Source: Chrysomallon squamiferum
Lineage: Eukaryota; Animalia; Mollusca
Direction of reading: 5' to 3'
DNA: 64,000 nucleotides
Assembly (NCBI GenBank): GCA_012295275.1
Contig: CM022676.1
Location: forward strand, 10,106,001 to 10,170,000
Shown piece by piece: positions 58,172 through 64,000 of the stretch. Within the stretch, counting starts at the first letter, position 1. Each line of letters starts with the position of its first letter. Below the pieces are notes generated by a model, which did no database searches, had not been told where the DNA came from, and worked only from the letters and a program-made list of their open reading frames with translations. The position numbers and the translations under genes were made by a program.

Positions 58172-59112
58172 ACAGCAACAACAATTATAATAACAATGAT
58201 AATAATAATAATAATAACTACATCAACAATAATAAAATCAAAAGAAAATTTTTTTAAAAAATGTAAAAAGGATTTTTATACTATTTTCATTTCTTTCTTT
58301 TTCATTTAATTCAAAAAAAAAGAAAAAGAGAAAGAATAAGTGCTTGAGAAACAAGGCTGATGATACATTTTCACTTACAAAGTAAAAGTTACATTAAAAG
58401 TAAATCAGACACGTATATTTATGTCATGGAACCATATCAGTACTTCCAGCACCTCGATGTTTAAAATTTTATTTATTTTTTAATAAAGTTTATATCATTA
58501 AAAAATTATGACCAACAGTGATGATGACACCCACCCACCTTTTTTTTTTAACTGTATCTACCCTGTACAAAATAGTTTTACTTACATTGCTTCAAGATTC
58601 GTGGTTTGTGGTTCAGCACAATTTGAATGTATCTTCTGATGTAACAGTTGGCACAGTCCTAATAATAACAATAATAACAATAACAAGAATAATAATAAAA
58701 ATAATAATATCAATAATAATAATAATAATAATAACAAGAATAATAATGATGATAATGTTAATAATAATAAAATAATGATAATAATGATGATGATAATGAT
58801 AATAACTTAATTACAATATCAATGACAGTAGTACTTGTAGTAAAAACAACAACACTATAGTAATAGTAATTATAACAACAGCAATTTCAGTAACAGTAAC
58901 ACTAGCAATAATAATAATAACAATAACAAAGGCAAGAATAACAGTAGTGGTAGTAATAGAGTTAATCATAGAAGTAGTTGTAGTAATAATAGCAGCTGCA
59001 GTAAAAATAAATAATTTAAAGCAAACAATAATAATCATTCTTATTGTCACCATCCTGATCCTTTTTATTTTATACAAAAAAAATAAAAAGGATAAAAAGA
59101 AATAATATGAGC

Positions 59113-59143
<31 letters not shown>

Positions 59144-59900
59144 AGAAAAAAAATAATGAAATGTTGAAACAGCAAAATACGGGCCTTCCTATGAAAATAT
59201 TTAGACTACACAATCATGCACTTATTCATATTTGTGATGTCATAAGCTCCATTTTAACAAAGTACAGCTTATGTCATTATAAATATATGCCTTGCCAAAT
59301 ACTGGTAATCATGGAAAATTCTGAACAAATGTGGTATTCAGAAATTCTTCAAAAATATCATCTGCTTCAAAAAATGTTTTTCATTTGTCTGTTTGTAAGA
59401 CACTGTTCAATGGTAATTTTTGTGAAAATGGACAAATATCAAACAATTATAACTCAATGACATTTTTTTAATAATAATTCATATATAATAATAATAAAAT
59501 AAAAAATATAAATAAATAAGAATTAAATAAAATACATCAGTTTTGTTGACTTAATGCATGATTCAGACTAGATGGGTCACATTCATTAAAATTACATTAT
59601 GAAATTAATTAAAATCTTTCGTTACATGTTCTGTAAATATTTGTTTTAGAAGCTTCATAGGAAGATTTTAATACTAGTCATTTAACAAATATGATGAGCA
59701 TGTTTGTGTCTTAAATAGATAATTAAGATTATTTGACTAATAAATGTTGAAACTAACCCAGTTTGTAGCAGTACCCTGCTATAAGGACAGCTATTAGAAT
59801 CAGAAACACAATAACCCCAATGAGAGCAAGGATGACATTTTTTTGCTCAGCCGAACCTTTTTCTGCAGACGCCTACATTAACAACAAAAAAAGATAGAAC

Positions 59901-59937
<37 letters not shown>

Positions 59938-59979
59938 TGTGATAATTTAAAAAAAAAAAAAAATAAAATAGAAATAGCA

Positions 59980-60036
<57 letters not shown>

Positions 60037-60915
60037 AACAATAATAATAATAATTTTTAACACAAAATATATAAAAAAATTAATAAAATAGTAATTACAG
60101 GAACTTGATCATTTTGGGGGAGACAAGAAAACGTATTAGTGGCTTTAAAAATATTTATTATATAGAGTTCCGTTGTTTACTTTGCACTGTTTATTTTATA
60201 TTTTAAGTATATATTAAGCCATGTCAATCCAAATATCCTTGTGACCTATGGCCCCATGCTTGCTGGATAAATGTTCTGGCAGCTGTATAAATACTTTTTA
60301 AATACACTGAAATACTAACGTACTGTTTTTTTTTCCTTGGCATATGGGGCCTCTTTAGTCACAGGGAATGGAGGTTTTAATTTTCTCGAAATATTTCACT
60401 GATTAAAAAACAATTAAATATCAGTTTCTAATAAAGTATTTTTGACAATGATACACAATACAAATAGCACAGAAGGCAAATTTTGAAAAACTGTTTATCA
60501 AGATTTTTGGCTGATTGTTATTTAATTAATTTTCTATCAATATTTTTACTTTCTCCTTTCCGATTATGTTTTCCTTCTTTCTCCACCGAAATCCCCCCAT
60601 GAAGGCGCACGGCCATAAAATCTCATAGATAAGAATAATAATAAGAAGAAGAAGAACAAGAAAAGAATAAGAAGAAGAATAAGAAGAACACAAAAGGAAA
60701 GAATTAAGAAAAACAGAAAGAAAGAAAGAAAAATCTTATTCCAAACTTTGCCGTAGAACAAAACTTCACACTGACTTTAATCATATTGAAGTTATATTCA
60801 TACACACAATAAATAAAGTGACTATTTGAGAAAATGACAGAGGTAATTAAAAATTCGAAATATCATTTCGACTGACATAAAAAATAAAATCTAAATATTT
60901 ATTTTTACTTGCCAT
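57699..60915 (-). CDS. Gene E: small single-pass membrane protein without ectodomain (86 aa), putative adaptor or truncated paralog of the IgSF genes
   Basis: ATG 60915-60913 (context caacATG) followed by a GC donor gcaagt. Exons 59872-59758 (ASAEKGSAEQKNVILALIGVIVFLILIAVLIAGYCYKL), 58658-58586 (GLCQLLHQKIHSNCAEPQTTNLEA), 57768-57699 (IPLSQGDMKNIQYKCATDDLKKV*). The three downstream exons have canonical AG/GT borders and join in frame (phases 0/1/2). The first exon is the weakest part of the model. Confidence 0.7.
57895..58090. repeat. ~200-bp segment duplicated in two introns of gene E (second copy ~60092-60300)
   Basis: AATTACAGGAACTTGA...ATATTTATTATATAGAGTTCCGTTGTTTA...ACCTATGG.CCCATGCTTGC..GATAAATGTTCTGG.AGCTGTATAAATA occurs at both positions. 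Confidence 0.8.
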
Positions 60916-60964
60916 GTTGAATGAATGTTTACTAATTCTATATCCGGTTCACAGCTAGCGTCAA

Positions 60965-60995
60965 TTACGTCAGTTCCGCTAAATTGGCGGGAAAA
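60965..60995 (-). promoter_or_regulatory. Candidate promoter module of gene E (E2F + ETS-like + CRE)
   Basis: Minus strand TTTTCCCGCCAAtttaGCGGAAcTGACGTAA, about 50 nt upstream of the ATG/GC-donor exon. Confidence 0.5.
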
Positions 60996-62214
60996 TAAAA
61001 TTCGATTAAATCCAATCATCCCACATGTTCTGTGCATTTAGTCTTTACATTATTTTTATTTTGGAGATTCGAGTTTATATATTTTGCTTCAGTACTTTAA
61101 ATGTATATTTTATTTTTGCGGAATATAAAGGTAAAAGTGATTGGATACAATATTGATGACGTTATATTGGAACGTCGAATAAAAATTAGTCGTCCATTAC
61201 GATTAACAAAATGGCTTGTGATTGTAAACATTTTTTAGATTAACTCCACCGATTATGAGGTGCGACTATTTCAGGAATTGTTGAAACAGCAAACGTATCC
61301 ATTATCAATCTCAGGATATCAGTACAAACCCAATACAAGTACAGTTTTATTTGATTATCAGAAACATTATTATAAATGCATTAACATGATTAGCATTCAC
61401 GTGCAGCGATATAGATGAATAGTCTAAAATAATTCTTCATATACCCATGTGATTATTTCATCGTTTTGCACGAGCTAGCAAATTATTACAATAAAATAAT
61501 CTACCATGCAGTATTTGAACGCCGCCTTTAAAGTCGAGTCGCCATTGGTTACACAGTAGACTGATAGTTACACTTTTTCCGGCAACGCTAGAAAAAACAG
61601 TTCAACAAATTGGCGCGCTTTGTATTTATTGACATTACAGTAGAAACATTTTTAAACAAACAAACAAACAAAAAGTTTAATTGTTATGTATAATGTAGTG
61701 GTTCGTTTTGGTTTGTTTGTTTGAATAAGACATCACATATTTCCCGATAAAGAGAATAAATTAAATAGGTGGTACTTGTGTCACGTGACCTATTATGAAT
61801 TTCCAGAATTAAGAATGAAATTCGCCAGTCTTAGGAATTAGGTTACCAAATTTGAATTGTTTTCTTCCAGATCCAAAGTCCATTGAACAGAGATGTCGTA
61901 TCCAGCATTCATTTTAACTATACATCTTTAAATTTTAAAAGATAATGCACGGCAATAAAAACAGATAAGAAAACAATATGATTTAGAAGAATATTTATTT
62001 CAATAAAAAAAAGAAAACAGACACTGAAAAGTGTTAGATATCACAATAAAACACGATTAAAAAATCGATATAAACATGGTGGAAATTTAGATCTTTAATT
62101 TTGTTTTGTTTTTTTGTCAATATTTAACACCTACTGACAATTATATCTGCCTTGTTAATATTTATGACTACAAAAATGTGAAATTTAAGGCAGTTAGGAA
62201 TTACTTTTATTATA

Positions 62215-62269
<55 letters not shown>

Positions 62270-63660
62270 TATATATATATAATTATTATTATCATATGCT
62301 ATTTCTGAAATGTGAAATGATTATGGACAATAATAAAACAGAGGTATTCCAGCATTAAATAAATGAATATATAAATAAAAAGCAAAAATAACATTTATTA
62401 CTAAAAGAAAAAATATTATATTTCTTTCATTATTAATGCTCCATTTTTGAAATATAAAATGTTTACAAATATGAAATAAATTTGTAATGAATTTTACAAA
62501 ACAATGTTATTAATGGTACATAAAATTATTTAAAAAAAAAGAAAAGAAGAATAACAGAAAAAAGTCAATGACATTACAAAATGAAAGACAAAAAGAAGAA
62601 AAATCCATAATATGTGAATAAAATTGAATAAGACATTTACAAAATGTTTTTTTAAATTTTTTTTTTTTTTCACATCCCACCATGTTTTGTTAACTGACAG
62701 GAGTAAAGATGAAATATTTAAAAGTGCAGAGGGTCAAAGGTCACTAAATATTCTTAAAGACTACAAGAATACATTTATTATGGAAAAACAATTCTATTTC
62801 ACAAATAAACTACCCAAATAAACCCACACACAAAAAACAATTTTTTTATGAAAAGTGATAAAGGCCAACAACCTGCATTATAAAACAAATAATACATTAT
62901 TATAAAAAAAATGTTTTTTTTTTAAAATTAAAAATTTCACACATATAAAAATGTTATTACTAAGAACTACACAAACATATATATATATTTTTTTTAAATG
63001 TGCCGGTTAATATTTTTAACAATATGGACGGAATATAAATAAAGTTAAATTTGAATATAAAAAAACACTCAAAATGGTTATTTTAACCAAATAAATTTAA
63101 AAAATAATACATAGGCCCTTTTTTTCAGTTATTTTTCTTTTATATATAAAAGGATACCAAATATTTTCCAAACTATTTCTTTAATGTTGTGCTTTTAACA
63201 AACTGTTTTGATTTAAAAATTAAATATTTGTTACAAAAACCTGTATAATTTCTAAATATATGTAACACTAAAGTTAGTAATAATAAGTAATGAAAATATA
63301 TAATTAGAATAAAAACCCAACCCAACATAAAATAACACATTTTTAAAAATTGGAAAAATATAAAATAATGGGCTCTTTCTTTTAATAAATGTTATCACAA
63401 CAGAAAAATAAATAAAATAAATAAAATATAACAAAATAAAATAAAATAAAATAAATATCACAGATCTGCATTAAAAATCAGAAATAAATAAAATTGGTGA
63501 CATTATTTTTTATTATAAATATTTAAAATATAAATAAATTAATTAATGAAAAAGATATCACAGTTTAGCAATTTTATAAAAACTCGTAAGATAAATGATA
63601 AACAAAAAATAAAATGCAGTAATAGTAGGTTTAATGATAATAATAAAAATACACAAATAA

Positions 63661-63692
<32 letters not shown>

Positions 63693-64000
63693 CACTAATA
63701 ACCATAACTGCCATCATCATCATTGTTAATATTATTATAATTATTATTATTATATAAAATAAACAAATAATTAATTACAAATGTGATCAGCAATATAAAA
63801 TAGTGAAATTTATATGTCACAGAATAATAATCAAATTTATTGGACAAAATTTTATTTTTAAACAAAACTGCACCAACACAATATAAAATTCTTAATGAAA
63901 TGTTCTTTAATCACTGACACAAAACAAATATGTGTAAAACTCTTAGTAAGGTCACTTAATAAAACAGCGAGGTAAACATTCATAAAATGTTAACTGCTTA

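Noticed and set aside
59741-59880. H/ACA snoRNA-like double hairpin
   Set aside because: No well-placed H box; it is better explained as the gene E TM exon with canonical AG/GT borders and in-frame joins.
61990-64000. Additional coding gene at the window end
   Set aside because: No credible exon. The AT-rich sequence may be the 3'UTR of a minus-strand gene outside the window, but this cannot be supported here.

Overview
AT-rich, microsatellite-dense, intron-containing animal genomic DNA. It looks like an invertebrate, plausibly an octopod or other mollusc, but that is inferred from composition and repeat style only. The window opens with the last coding exon of TBC1D23. It then holds a cluster of four highly diverged single-pass immunoglobulin-superfamily (IgSF) receptor genes, reconstructed by hand from phase-1 exons: A (+, 5 Ig), B (+, 5 Ig, one frameshift), C (-, 4 Ig) and D (-, 5 Ig). 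Next comes a fifth spliced gene E that the ORF track misses: an 86-aa membrane protein with almost no ectodomain, whose TM/tail exon phases resemble gene D and whose upstream module resembles those of B and D. A and B carry an Asp inside the transmembrane helix and short tails whose last exon encodes 19 Tyr-free residues. C has a W-acidic tail and a Cys-shifted Ig domain. Many exon borders are tandemly duplicated into adjacent introns. Two families of non-autonomous DNA transposons and many minisatellites are present. Most ORF-track entries are microsatellite artefacts.
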